This document shows, piece after piece, positions 25,301 through 36,000 of a stretch of 64,000 nt of DNA (its first letter is position 1; every line of letters begins with the position of its first letter). This DNA comes from Phoronis australis (taxonomy: Eukaryota; Animalia; Phoronida), in assembly GCA_002633005.1 (NCBI GenBank), contig NMRA01000065.1, forward strand, positions 921,066-985,065, written 5' to 3'. The notes under the pieces were generated by a model. It did not search any database. It saw nothing but the letters and a program-made list of their open reading frames with translations, and was not told the DNA's origin. A program made the translations under genes and the position numbers.

Positions 25301-28300
25301 ATCATACCGGGTCGAGATCCGGGCTAATTCGTGCTCATTTTGGCTTTTCACTGTCTTCCAGTAAAAAGCTGTAATTGTGCTGTGAGACTTTCTATTGAAT
25401 ATAATTTCAGTAAAAGGTTAAGTTTAATGGTTTAGTTATATTTTATAAGAAGTACAAAATACTTTTTTGTAGTTTTTGTCATGGTTAAAATGCTTTAAGG
25501 TTACATAAAATACAGCTAAAACAGGCACTAGTCAAATGCAAGGGTCCTGGGTTATGAGAACCAGTTTTCTGCCTCTTACGTAATGAGGGAAACTGGTTCT
25601 CAAAAACCGGTATCCCTGTAAGTGACTACTACGGGAAAGCACAATTAATCGCTCACTAAATTTTTAGGAATCAAAATGATTTTTGTAATAATTTTCTTTT
25701 CAGCGGGAAGTCGCGACAGATAATTACAAAGCATCCAAAATGGCTCTGGAGAAGACAGCTGCCATAGTGTTAGTGTTCTGCTCTTTGCAGTCTTTTACGT
25801 ATGCGTGCTTTGCTAGTGTTGTATAATATTGTGTCTGTTTTGCTATATGAATATGTCACATTAGGTCATGTGATGTGGCCAACAGATGGCGTGCTGGCAA
25901 AACTTAAATGTTTGCAACACTGTGTCTGTTCTCACTTTGGAGTTCTACTTTAAGATCCATGCAGTGCTAAAACTATCAAGCAGATATTGCATTTTACATC
26001 AAACTGGAATAAGTCAATTTAATGGTGCTGAATCCTCCCACTGAAGTAATCACTCAACTCTATTCGATCCATGGATTAAACATTGTGCCTTTTGTCAAAA
26101 AAACAAGTTATAATTTAGACCACTTACCTACCTGATATGAAATTGGTCTCAAGTTGTTCTGTAGTCAAAGTACATTGTGATTTCTGGGTTTGAGAAGAAC
26201 TAATAGTTCTTATTACTTCTTCAGATCAACTCTTAAAATTTAGGTGACAGCTTGACCTAAATTTGATATGAGCTTGGTGTCAAGAAATAATGAACTGCTA
26301 TTTCGTCTCTACCCCATAGGTCACTTCTAAACTGAGTAATGACAACCCAAGACCAATTTTATAGCTGTAAGTGGCCGAAATCAAAACTTAGTTTTTGACA
26401 GAAAGCAAGGGTTTATTTCCACTTTAGGAACGCTTACTTTCCGTTTTAAAATATAATTATAGCAGGATTCCACCCTAAGACACATGGTGCTGCATAAGAC
26501 TTTAATAACCTGCAATTTGTTTATTGCTCAATATAACTCATCTGAGTTTTTAAGAACAAGAGACTCAATTCTATTTCAACAATGCCAGATTGCTTTGATT
26601 GTCCTCTTTCAATTCGATCGTTTGCTTCCACTTTGATCATTTGCGTTCCAATTTAATCGTCTGCTTCCAGTTTGATTGCCTGTTACTTCTTTGATTGTCT
26701 GCTTCCAATCTGATTGCCTACTTCCACTTTGGGTCTTCATCCGTACCTCCATTTATCGATATACCGTCTGCTTTATAATTTGCTAGATTTGCTCAAGTTA
26801 AGGAAGAGTGTGGTGTTGAACTGACCTTGTCTCTTACACAAGTAGCTGACCAGTTAAAGGACCAGGTGAGCTTTCACTTGATCTTGACTGATCTGTGCAG
26901 GACTGAGTTAAATAAAATTAAATTTTGTGTTTTCATCCATACAATATTTTCCATTTTCAAGGAGAAAATCACTGAAATCATCGCGAAATGAACAGAGTTA
27001 TAGTTTTCAAAAAAGGTTGATAAATTTTTATAAAAATTACTAAAACCAGAGATTGCTTCTTTCTTAGGAAAGGCAAGAAATGGCCAAACTTCTTACTGAA
27101 GTCAAGGAGTCCAGTATGCTTACAGTTTCTATGAAACCGGTAAGTTTTCTGAATTCATCTAAGTTTTATTTGATTGAAGTTGACAACAGAACCAGTGAAT
27201 TGGAGCAATGTTTCACAGAAAACGGAAATAGAAATTGTGGTGGTATTTAATTCTTTATGTTTTGCATTTGATGCTTCATGGGCAGTCCCAAAAATTAGCT
27301 TTTCTAAAAAGGCAAAGTTTTTAACTCTAGAAATTCATGGAAAATTTGAATGTCAAATGTTTAGGACAAAAACAGAAAAAACATGCTTTTTACACAATAG
27401 CCCGGTTCAGTTTTCAGAACATGCAACAATGAAATAATATTTTGGAATCTCTCAAATAAGTTCATTTCTGAGCAGATGGTATGTTTCCCTTATAAATACA
27501 AACAAATAATTTACGTTTTGTAGTCTACACCCAGCAAAAGGTTGAGGCCTCCAACTGCTGTAATCAGTAGACTGCCAAAAGCTGATGAATCAACTATATC
27601 AGGAGTTGGCCTACAAAGGAAGATGTCTACTGAACAGAAGAAGTTGGTAAGTATTGCAGCTTGTAACATATCACTGTTGTGCTCAAATTTTTAGGTGTGA
27701 CACATTTTAGGACAGTGAAATATCTTAACTTTCTAAAATTAAAGTTACACGTCTCTCATAATTCCATTTTTGTCAAAAATCTACTTTCTGTATCCATTTT
27801 CCACAAGGTTGTAATGTCATTATGGTATTTGGTGGTTAGCAGAATGCATCCTTTAATGGATTATTTTAATGCCACAGGATTTTTCCAGTGTTTTTTATAA
27901 GTGTTATGTATCATTCCCCTGGACTAGTCTGTTAAAACCAAGAAATTTCCAACATCATGATCTGATATAGTATCACATTTGATTAAACTTGACAAACAAG
28001 CCTATTGCGTTGGTACACAATGCTATGGTAGTAAACAGGTCAGAGCTTACAGTCACACAAAGGAATCAGCAGATGAAAGTTAAGTCTAATTTCTTCGAAA
28101 GTCAACCGCAAAGTTTTTTTGGTAACAGTATTTCATTCAAAATGCTTCGCATGGCAATTGTTGAACGTCATTTGGAAGTAGTTTTTTTTTAATATCGGCT
28201 AGTGTCAGGCACGCTGTTCACAGAATAATTGCTGGATTACATAAGCTTATTGGATGAATGCAGACAATGAGAGAGCTGAACTATGTAAACATTGGTTTGC

Positions 28301-30852
28301 CAACTTTCTCCCCTTGCTATTGCTGTCAAACTGATAAGGACACGGCCCAAATTCCAGAATCAAGATACAAAATTCAATTTTTGGAGGACTTTCCTTGTCC
28401 TAAATTTAAGAGACTGTCTGAAATTGGAGCATTTAAACCGTAGTGAAATGATGATCTTTCTACACATAATCAAAATTTTTCAGTATAAGCACAGTTAAAT
28501 AATAACTTGTAATTTTTAATGTCTGGTGATGCACCAACAAAATGGCCGCCACAATTGAACGACAATGAACTTCATCATGTTTTATGAATTGTCCGTGAGA
28601 TCAGGGAGGACTGTAATTTTACTAATAAAATACTCCTACACTGGTGATGTCTCTTAACTAATGAAACTATTTCTCTCTAAATTAGTGAACAATAAGGAAA
28701 GGGTGTCTTTAAATTTTCTCATATTCTCAGAATTTCTTATATCAAATTATTTCTGTTTCAGTATAACCGATTCACGGCTCTGCGACCCCCTGCTACCGTT
28801 GACATTAGCCCGGGACTGACGAAACTTGAAGAATTGGATATGGATTATATGAAGAAAGCTGTGGAAAAGTGTGTTGCATGCCACTGTTTTTAGTTGTCTC
28901 AGAACTTTCCAATATGCTAGACACTACATTACTGGTTGTGGGTAATGCTTGCAACGTGGTAAATCAACACACAAAATATGCTCAACAATGTCATTTTCTA
29001 AAAACAAATAAAAGGGTGATGATGATGACTGTGCGACATTGTTTGCAATTACCATCATTTTCATCAGCACTTTTTCCAAGCTTCTGTTATTCAAAAACTG
29101 TTTTTTAACGTCTGTGTATCCTGTCATAAGATGGTAAAATAATAACAAAACAATTTTCGCTAACAAATCTTGCAGTAACTCGAGGGTTACTTAAATTTTT
29201 CTCTTCTCATACAAGCCATATTGTTTTTACAAGTGTACGGTAACCTCATTCACACTGTTCCTTACCTAAAGCGAAGTGTTTCTGCACCCTTGGCATGACT
29301 TCTCGTTCTCAAAAGTATAGCATCCATATTTCTTCGAGTCACATCGACCTTTTGGGTTGCAGAGCAGAAAAGACCTTTGGAAACAGTTTTTTGCGAGCTG
29401 TGAAACCAATCTGTCATCCAATCTCTCAGTTATTTGTTTTTTTATGCAAAATTATTAAATGCAAGTCAGTAATTTCTATGGAAAATTGGGAAATGCGTTA
29501 TCTCTTTATATTAAAAAATATTGAAACTCCATGCATAATATTAGTGTTCACTACAAGTTGGCATCCCTCATTACCACATTATGGTAAAACACTGAGGACT
29601 GAATACAATTTATCAATTGCTTTCAGCGCAAGCGTGACAAGTTAAAGTTAGTCTAGTCTAACGTTAACCTTTTAGCTAGTGACCGAATTTGTGCTGCATG
29701 CAACTTTAAAACACTTTCACATCACACAGTAGCTGCATTTTGCCCTTAAGTTGACTAAAATGAATAATTCTTGAGTTATGCCTTTTACTCTGCCACATGC
29801 CCTTCCTTACCATGATAGGATTCTAGTTTCGTTAATAAGCGATAGGTGTTCATGGTTTTATTATCATGATAAAAAGCTACTTAGTAAAAGTTCCTGGTAA
29901 AAGTAGAATATGAAATCTTAAGACTGCATTTGCCTTGTGTAGGTGGCTAAAAAATCGAAAATTGAATTCTCCCTTTTACTCTCATAAAATTGGCTTCGGC
30001 TGTCTATTACTAAAGCCGAAGGCAATTCGTAATTTTAGAGTTGGCCTTAAACAGGGCTTGGAATGACCAATGACAAAAAACGCGGAAACTTTTACGGCCC
30101 AAATCATGCCCGATAACCAGCCTTGAAATGGTCAATGTGAACCTTTCCCCGACAAAAATCGGGAGGACTAAAAAAAAAAAAAAGAAAACGTTACCACCAT
30201 CAGTAGCATGCGTCTGCATCCTTTTAGCTCGTCCATCCACTCCCAACACATTTTTGGCTGCAGAGCGGTAGTACTTGTCGCCGCGCTTAACAATAACACG
30301 AGTCGCCATTGAAAATCCCACCACGATGTACCAGATGCCCCGGCAATGTTGACAATTTACGTTCCTCCGAAACAAAGAGCAACTTCCACTTTTCGAGTTG
30401 AACGTCGTCTGCAACGCCGCGGTAAGAAAGGAATTTGCCGACGAAATTTTATATCAAATCCGATTTTTTTACGCGGAAATATTATTAAAAAAGCGGAAAG
30501 CACATTTGAAAAAAGCGGAAATCCGCGTTTCCGCGGAAAATTCCAAGCCCTGCTTAAAAGTTCATAACTTTACTAATTGACTTTTTATAGATCATTCAGG
30601 CAGTTTGAGGTAATGCGGAGACGTGTCAAGACTCTGACCGACGTAAGAACGCACTGTGGGGATCTGCCTATTGTTGAAGGAATGGACTACACTTCTGACA
30701 CAGTCGTAACACTAAGAGACATGTACACTGCTCACAGTGATGCCACGGACATCTCGACGCTTGTTGAAGACCTTCCCAACCTTCTCCAAAAGTCAGGAAT
30801 GACGAATGTCAAGGATGCTACCTCCAAGCATAGTAAACCAATGGATAATTAA
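1314..30852 (+). CDS. Uncharacterised large (~2000 aa in window) coiled-coil / low-complexity protein, 5' part outside window
   Basis: Phase-consistent GT-AG exons: 1314-1426, 2467-2650, 3241-3289, 6004-6107, 7472-7585, 10934-11752, 12963-13045, (14704-14922 probable), 16871-20032, 20850-20891, 21763-21910, 22884-22997, 24009-24111, 24516-24613, 25704-25768, 26787-26865, 27068-27139, 27524-27646, 28762-28868, 30591-30852 (TAA). Heptad-like E/K/L/Q-rich segments (RLKELTEKIADLEKEL; HKAAVQELTQLKAMHKRNL). No family recognised. Confidence 0.88.
2041..2450. repeat. Degenerate ~45-bp tandem repeat
   Basis: Recurring tctagacaRtattgcaatcaaaactagacatt-like units, about 8-9 diverged copies; boundaries approximate. 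Confidence 0.7.
8140..9162. mobile_element. Non-autonomous Tc1/mariner-type (pogo-like) TIR element with TA TSD, spanning an assembly gap
   Basis: TA|ccgtaatcgttcgggttaacgccc ... gggcgttaacccgaacaattacgg|TA (24-bp TIR, 1 mismatch); many subterminal ttaa(c/g)cgccc repeats. Confidence 0.85.
8347..9042. other. Assembly gap (696 N)
   Basis: Run of N. Confidence 1.
10934..11752 (+). CDS. 819-nt Ser/Lys/Thr-rich exon of the + strand gene
   Basis: tag acceptor at 10931-10933, open frame RLNKRRLLEEG...AVKSE, donor gtagac at 11753; phase 0/0. Confidence 0.8.
13061..13151. repeat. 29-bp tandem repeat x3
   Basis: gcagcgttcacatgccatctggtcataag units just after the 12963-13045 exon. Confidence 0.85.
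14562..14634. repeat. 18-bp tandem repeat x4
   Basis: caccatc(c/g)taccattat(c/a) units. Confidence 0.9.
14704..14922 (+). CDS. Probable 219-nt in-frame (cassette) exon of the + strand gene
   Basis: Pyrimidine-rich acceptor catttcacttcaccgccacctag; open frame VKLLQSLRRSPDLEV...LASGHK; donor ag|gtatta; phase 2/2 matches flanking exons; higher GC than the surrounding intron. Confidence 0.6.
15896..16048. repeat. 44-bp perfect tandem repeat x3.5
   Basis: atgactgtgtaattcaattttaaaaatatgtgactgtcatttaa starting at 15896, 15940, 15984 and 16028 (partial). Confidence 0.95.
16871..20032 (+). CDS. 3162-nt giant exon of the + strand gene (charged, likely disordered, internal repeats)
   Basis: Core of the 1079-aa ORF; acceptor ttttatacag, donor gg|gttagt; phase 2/2. 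Confidence 0.88.
18580..19290 (+). repeat. Coding tandem repeat (~42-45 bp; ~14-15 aa SEGRKAEVGPVEG-like units)
   Basis: Recurring tctgaaggcagaaaggctgaagttggacctgta-like units within the giant exon, roughly 15 diverged copies. Confidence 0.85.
20300..20553. mobile_element. Old MITE-like element; related fragment near 21995-22055
   Basis: Imperfect termini catgcgtgcacccag ... gctgtgtacgtgcatg; segment aaaggt(g/c)cacattctcaaaaatttgag recurs at ~22000; no clear TSD. Confidence 0.5.
21391..21519 (+). ncRNA. Candidate intronic box C/D-like structured RNA
   Basis: ATGATGA (21395-21401) and CTGA (21511-21514) bracketed by aaaa/tttt; three internal hairpins; no guide target recognised. Confidence 0.3.
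25529..25628. repeat. ~100-bp imperfect palindrome (hairpin / mini-MITE)
   Basis: tagtca..aggg..ggtt.tgagaaccagttt..cctc.ttac|gtaa.gagg.aaactggttctca.aacc..ccct..tgacta. Confidence 0.75.
26088..26407. mobile_element. MITE-like element with ~70-bp imperfect inverted repeats (possibly extending to TTAA ends at 25950 and 26505)
   Basis: Left arm ttttgtcaaaaaaacaagtt..ccacttac..aaattggtct..gttgt (26088-26160) is complementary to right arm gacaac..agaccaatttt..gtaagtgg..aacttagtttttgacagaaag (26341-26407). Confidence 0.7.
26590..26730. repeat. Degenerate ~19-bp tandem repeat
   Basis: tttgat(t/c)gtctgcttcca-like units, about 7 copies. Confidence 0.7.
30052..30552. mobile_element. 501-bp hAT-like MITE with perfect 13-bp TIRs and apparent 6-bp TSD
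   Basis: cttaaa|cagggcttggaat ... attccaagccctg|cttaaa; subterminal (c)gcggaaa repeats. Confidence 0.85.
30591..30852 (+). CDS. Terminal coding exon of the + strand gene
   Basis: ctttttatag acceptor; SFRQFEVMRRRVK...KPMDN*; ATTAAA at 30963-30968 in T-rich sequence downstream. Confidence 0.8.
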
Positions 30853-30962
30853 TTAGCAGAAGCTAAATGTGAACTATTTTCTGTTTTACTTTCAGATCGT
30901 TTGTGAACTTGTAGGTAACAATAGTGGCAAGTTACCTTAATATTTTGTTTTTGTTTTGTTCT

Positions 30963-30968
30963 ATTAAA
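30963..30968 (+). promoter_or_regulatory. Candidate polyadenylation signal (ATTAAA) of the + strand gene
   Basis: 110 nt after the stop codon, in T/GT-rich context. Confidence 0.5.
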
Positions 30969-31162
30969 GTTTTTGTTACACTTTGTTCTGTTTGTTACAA
31001 AATTTATATTTTTTTACGTATTGTAATCATACAGGATATAAAGAGATCTAATTAGCACAATACTGTGTTTGTTTTTGTGCAAAGCTCAACTGGGCATGCA
31101 CCTACATGATATTGGCAATGCATTGCTAATAATTTGATGAATTTCATGAATATTTCAACAAT

Positions 31163-31168
31163 TTTATT
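31163..31168 (-). promoter_or_regulatory. Candidate polyadenylation signal (AATAAA) of separase
   Basis: First canonical AATAAA seen on the minus strand after the separase stop; implies a ~1.7-kb 3'UTR. ATTAAA variants occur earlier. Confidence 0.45.
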
Positions 31169-32855
31169 AAGAAAACAAAAGATATAGAACAGCTACCATC
31201 TCTCACTTGCTCACAACTCGTCACTGAATCATTTGTTAAAATCAAATTTTTCAAAATATCTTTATCGTCCATTAAGTCAAATTCCCTAAAAAATATTTCC
31301 ACTTTAATGCTCTTAAGGATTTTTCTAACTCTTAATTAATGATATCTCATGAAGTTCGACATTTTCTGTTTTCAATGAAGGACACAATGTGCTTTCTTCT
31401 TTAACCAAAATAGGTTCCTGGGATCAATAGACTTTTGACTGGACTGATGAGAAAACTAATATAATTATTTGCTTTTGCCACACCAACTAACTAGTGGCAA
31501 TTACTCAAGATTTTAAAACATGGATATTTGTTGAAGCACTTCCAGAACTGTACATAGTACGCAATAGACTAGTTTTAAAATTGCAGTTTAACAGTGCTGA
31601 AATCCACTAGTGTGCGTTGGTTAAAATTCTTGAGTGTTTACCTAAAAACTTACACGAAGTACTTCAGCAGACAGGCACTTTACAACAATCTCCAGTTTAT
31701 ATTACTTAAAAAATGATACGTTGTACAACATGCTACTGGGAATTTCCAGGGCTTATATTTGGGAAATGGCATAGCTTTCACCTGTCTAGCACCCTAAGTA
31801 TAAGCATACTAGGTGTACCTTTGGAAATGGGAGCCCATAAACGTAGAAATTCCATCAAGTTGGAATGATGACCAATACTTGTAGTGAATAGAGGTTGTGC
31901 TACCCTCAGTTAAATTATTTGTAGCTAAGCCAAAAATGCGTTGGAATAAACTACATCCCATTTCTCAAACTAAATGCCATTTTTGGTGATACTGGCACTT
32001 AATTTTGAGACTCCAATCATAGACATTTTGACAGGTGGCTTGGAAAGTCAGTCCAGTAATTCAACATGATAATTTTAATCGCATCATATAAGCAGCTTCT
32101 CTGGCCCAAAAGGCAGCGTGTTTCCAAGACAAACCTTTTACACACACAGATTTGGTCTGTGTCTTCGAAACACCCACTTTACTCTATAGTTGCAATTTAC
32201 CCAAAAGTTGGCAGCAGTTTACACGCCAGTACAAACACTGAACTTTCCTCAAAGCTAAAATCCATTAACTGGAGACACAACTGTCTTGATATCTAAACTG
32301 CATCGTGAATGTCAAACAATTTAAAGCCACAGACAGAGGAGGACTAATTTTGTTGCAGTCTAATTACTGTGAACGTTTAATTTTTGTTCCAGTAAAGCAC
32401 ATGTCTAGAACACTAAAATACTTTCAAAGAACAACGACCCTAAACAGCAGTTCATACCCGTACAAATCACCTTGTATCCTTTGCACTCATAATCTCATCA
32501 TATTCACTGTACAAGTAAATTCCTTTTAGTTTCACCTATAACCAGTCGAGTGTTAGTGCAACAAACTCTAGACAGAAATGAGTAACCTTATAAACCAAAC
32601 CTTGGATTCTCTCCCATCCAAGCAACTTCACTTATTCATAATAACACATCACTTGCACTACATCAATTCTGAGTGAATGTTGCCATGCTCCAAACTACTT
32701 CATTTCTGCATGTAGTAGGGCAAGTAGCTTCCGACAACCTAGTAGTGCCTCTTCACAAATAACAAACTTTCAGTCTCGTCCCGACACCATTTCACTTCGC
32801 ACCGCTTCCAAGTAGTTGAACTACCAAGTCAATCACAATACTCCCCCACAATATT

Positions 32856-33060
32856 TCATTTCCGCACAACCACGGGCAGACCGTAGATGACAGGCGCTGC
32901 TCCAACCAGGTATGACACCTTACAACTATCCCGTGAAGAGGCCACGGCCGCGGGAAGCAGTACGTTTCCCCGCTGTGGGAGCCAGGTCTTGAGAAGCGTG
33001 TCTGTGAAACGGTCGATATCCTTATCCGTCACGTCCCACAGATTTCCCAGAACACAAGGA
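32856..33060 (-). CDS. ESPL1: Separase terminal coding exon
   Basis: PCVLGNLWDVTDKDIDRFT...GAAPVIYGLPVVVRK*; acceptor tttttgcag; TGA at 32856-32858. Confidence 0.96.
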
Positions 33061-36000
33061 CTGCAAAAACAGAAATCTGGTATGATAATATAGACTGTAA
33101 AAACATTTAACACTTTTAAACAGCCGTTAATTTCTATTTACTGGTAATTAAGTTATAGACACTACAGCTGTAGAGAGTCACAAGACAACAGAGTATGTCA
33201 GAATAAAATACAGACTACTAGGATTTTTGGCAACTAAAACATACTTGGTAATCTTGGTAAATTTTTACCGGGAGGCATCCATCAGAGAGACCAAGGGTAA
33301 GGGGAGGGAAATCCAAACTGTTCTAATACAGCAGTACATACCATCCACCAATGAGGTACTTTTGCACCACACCATCTGCTTCTAATTGGCCGCGCACCTG
33401 CAGACGTCCACTGCTACAGCCAATCAAAAGAGCCGCTCCACGACAGTGCAGTGTCGGGATCTTGTCAGCTTCGTAGAACTTGGTGCCGCTGCCATGACCA
33501 CAGTACCTGGGCAATGATGGACAGGTCAAAGGCCAGTTTTACAAAAATAATTCTGAGTTAAGTTTAAGAACTTTTATTAACATTACAAAATTAACTTGCG
33601 CTATAGGAAATTTAATGATCAAGGGTTGAATTCAGTTTGTTAATTAAAGGAAAGTTATGGGAAAACAAATGTTACCTTGCTTGCAAAAGGGCACTCTTCA
33701 GATAAAATAACAAATAATCACACAAAGTCATGAACAATTTGGTCATGTCAAACGTTCTACTCGGTGACACACCATCCATACAAGTCGCTTTTTACCATAC
33801 AAGAGGGTATGAAGTGATAAGTTCAATTAAGTTTTTTAATTGACAGGAAACAACAATTTTAATAGCTATTTTTACAATAATTCTCCATGCTGTATTTTTT
33901 TTTTAGTGAAATTTGTGCCTTTTCTCGAGCTAGAAAGATTACATAGTCAATATTTGGAGTTACGTATGATCGTTATGAGAGTTGCTGATCTGATATTTTT
34001 TGGATTCATATCACATGTGACAAGGTAGAGAGTTGTTGGGAGTGACAGTCAAACGTGTGATATAAGTTTCACAATCTCAACAAAGTTCAGTAAAACCTGA
34101 TCAATTTGTGACATACTATGGCATACCTAGGTGTTTCACATTTCCATAACAACAGGTCGCTCCAAGTATTTCCATAATATGTAGCTCCAAGTATTGTGTC
34201 ATTCTTATGTTCTATACCATAGCTAGCGTCAATGTTTAAAAAAATGTGGAAATTCACAACAATGAAGAATGAAATCGATAAAGATGAATTTTGGAAATAA
34301 GTTTTGTCCAAAATTGGCAAGATCTTCCACAGCACGAGCTCAATTTCAAAATGCAAAACAACGAAATCTGCAGTGCTTGCACAACTACCCTGGGAAGCAG
34401 CAAAAACTGACCACCACTAATATACCATGAAACGACACACAATGTTATCCATGAAACTATACTAAAATCATTAGGTGACAGAAATGTCACAAAATTTATA
34501 AATAGAAAAATCTCGCATGTTATACTACCAGGATTACGAGAAATCCAATCACGCGAGCATGGATTTTTCTACTCACAGGAACAAGTCTTTGGCAGTGAGC
34601 CCTTCTCTAAACTCTTCCTTTGTTGGTTGACGCCCAATCACCCCAGTCCAGCCGTCAGCACTGAAAGAAAGGTAAAATGTACATATTAGGAACACTACTT
34701 TCATACCGCAGTCACACAAGTCAAGGACTGCAGCTTCACAAGCGGAGATCTTTTTAAACTCACCACAGATGAAGAGCTACGAACTCAACTGGTAGCCTCG
34801 AGTGAAGTTTAGCCGTTCAAGTATGTGAAGGTGCGAAAAATTGAATGAACTACAGGCTACTTCATTCAACTGCAGTCATTTTTTTCACGCTTTGACTTAA
34901 TGTGCTCAGCTAACCACCACTCCAGGCAGTCAGCTCGGCTCATAACACTTACTTTGCATTGAGCTTAGACGAGGAATTAACATCAGAATCAGAAATGAAA
35001 TATTCTAGCAATTGGCATGTCTTGACGAGGTTTTCCAGGGTATGAAGCTTTGACAGCATTGCACTACTGACATAGCACCTTACGATGAGATATTTTGTAA
35101 ATTAGTGCTTATTAAAGTTTTTTGACTGCAGACTATGTTATAATTGCAGATTACTTTGGCTTTAGGTGGTGAAATCTGTTGAATAAATCAAACACTTAAG
35201 AGGATACTCAACTCAATTTTTGGCCCATTAACAGATATTAAAAACTTTCCATCCACCTATCTATGTGGCTCCTTGCTAGTCCTCAAAAGTTGAGGACATT
35301 TTGAAAAAATCCTCACAAATTCTGCTTAACCACCAAGTGTGACCTACGCTTTAAGCGAGTTGCATGACAACTACAGGGAAAGATCACCCACCAAGTGTCA
35401 TAACATACGTGTACATGTGACGACAATGAGTATGTGCTTTTCGTTAAATCCTGCTTTTATCCCGTACATGACAATGGTACGTTAACGGAGAACACAACGA
35501 TTGGTTGAAATGACCAAATGCGGGTTTAATATCCAGCGGTAAGAAATCACTATACAGACTCAAGTTTAAGAAACAGCCATTACTCAACAATATTGTTTTA
35601 AAAGGAAATGTCATGACTGTCCACCTGAAAACAAATTGCTGACGTTAGGTAAGCTATTGCTCATAGAGAACTTCAAATAGATGTGTGTGTTGTACGAAAC
35701 AGTCCTAACTAGGTACTCAACCAAGTTCGCTAGATCTACTGCATTTTTGTGGAGATGTGAAAAACACTGATTGTCCGTTCTTCTGTTGTTTTACCTTCAT
35801 TACTAGGTCAATTTGTGGATTCGATACAAATCTAGAGTGAAAGTTGAATTTCAATTCTCAGTTTTATTGAAAATAAGTAGGGATCTTTTCACGCAACCCC
35901 TCTAATTTAAGGACTAAGTCCCTAATTATTATCGTTGAACTAAGGGATCAAATTTTAGTTACATTATTATAAAATAAATGTCCTAATAGTCAAAGAGCTC

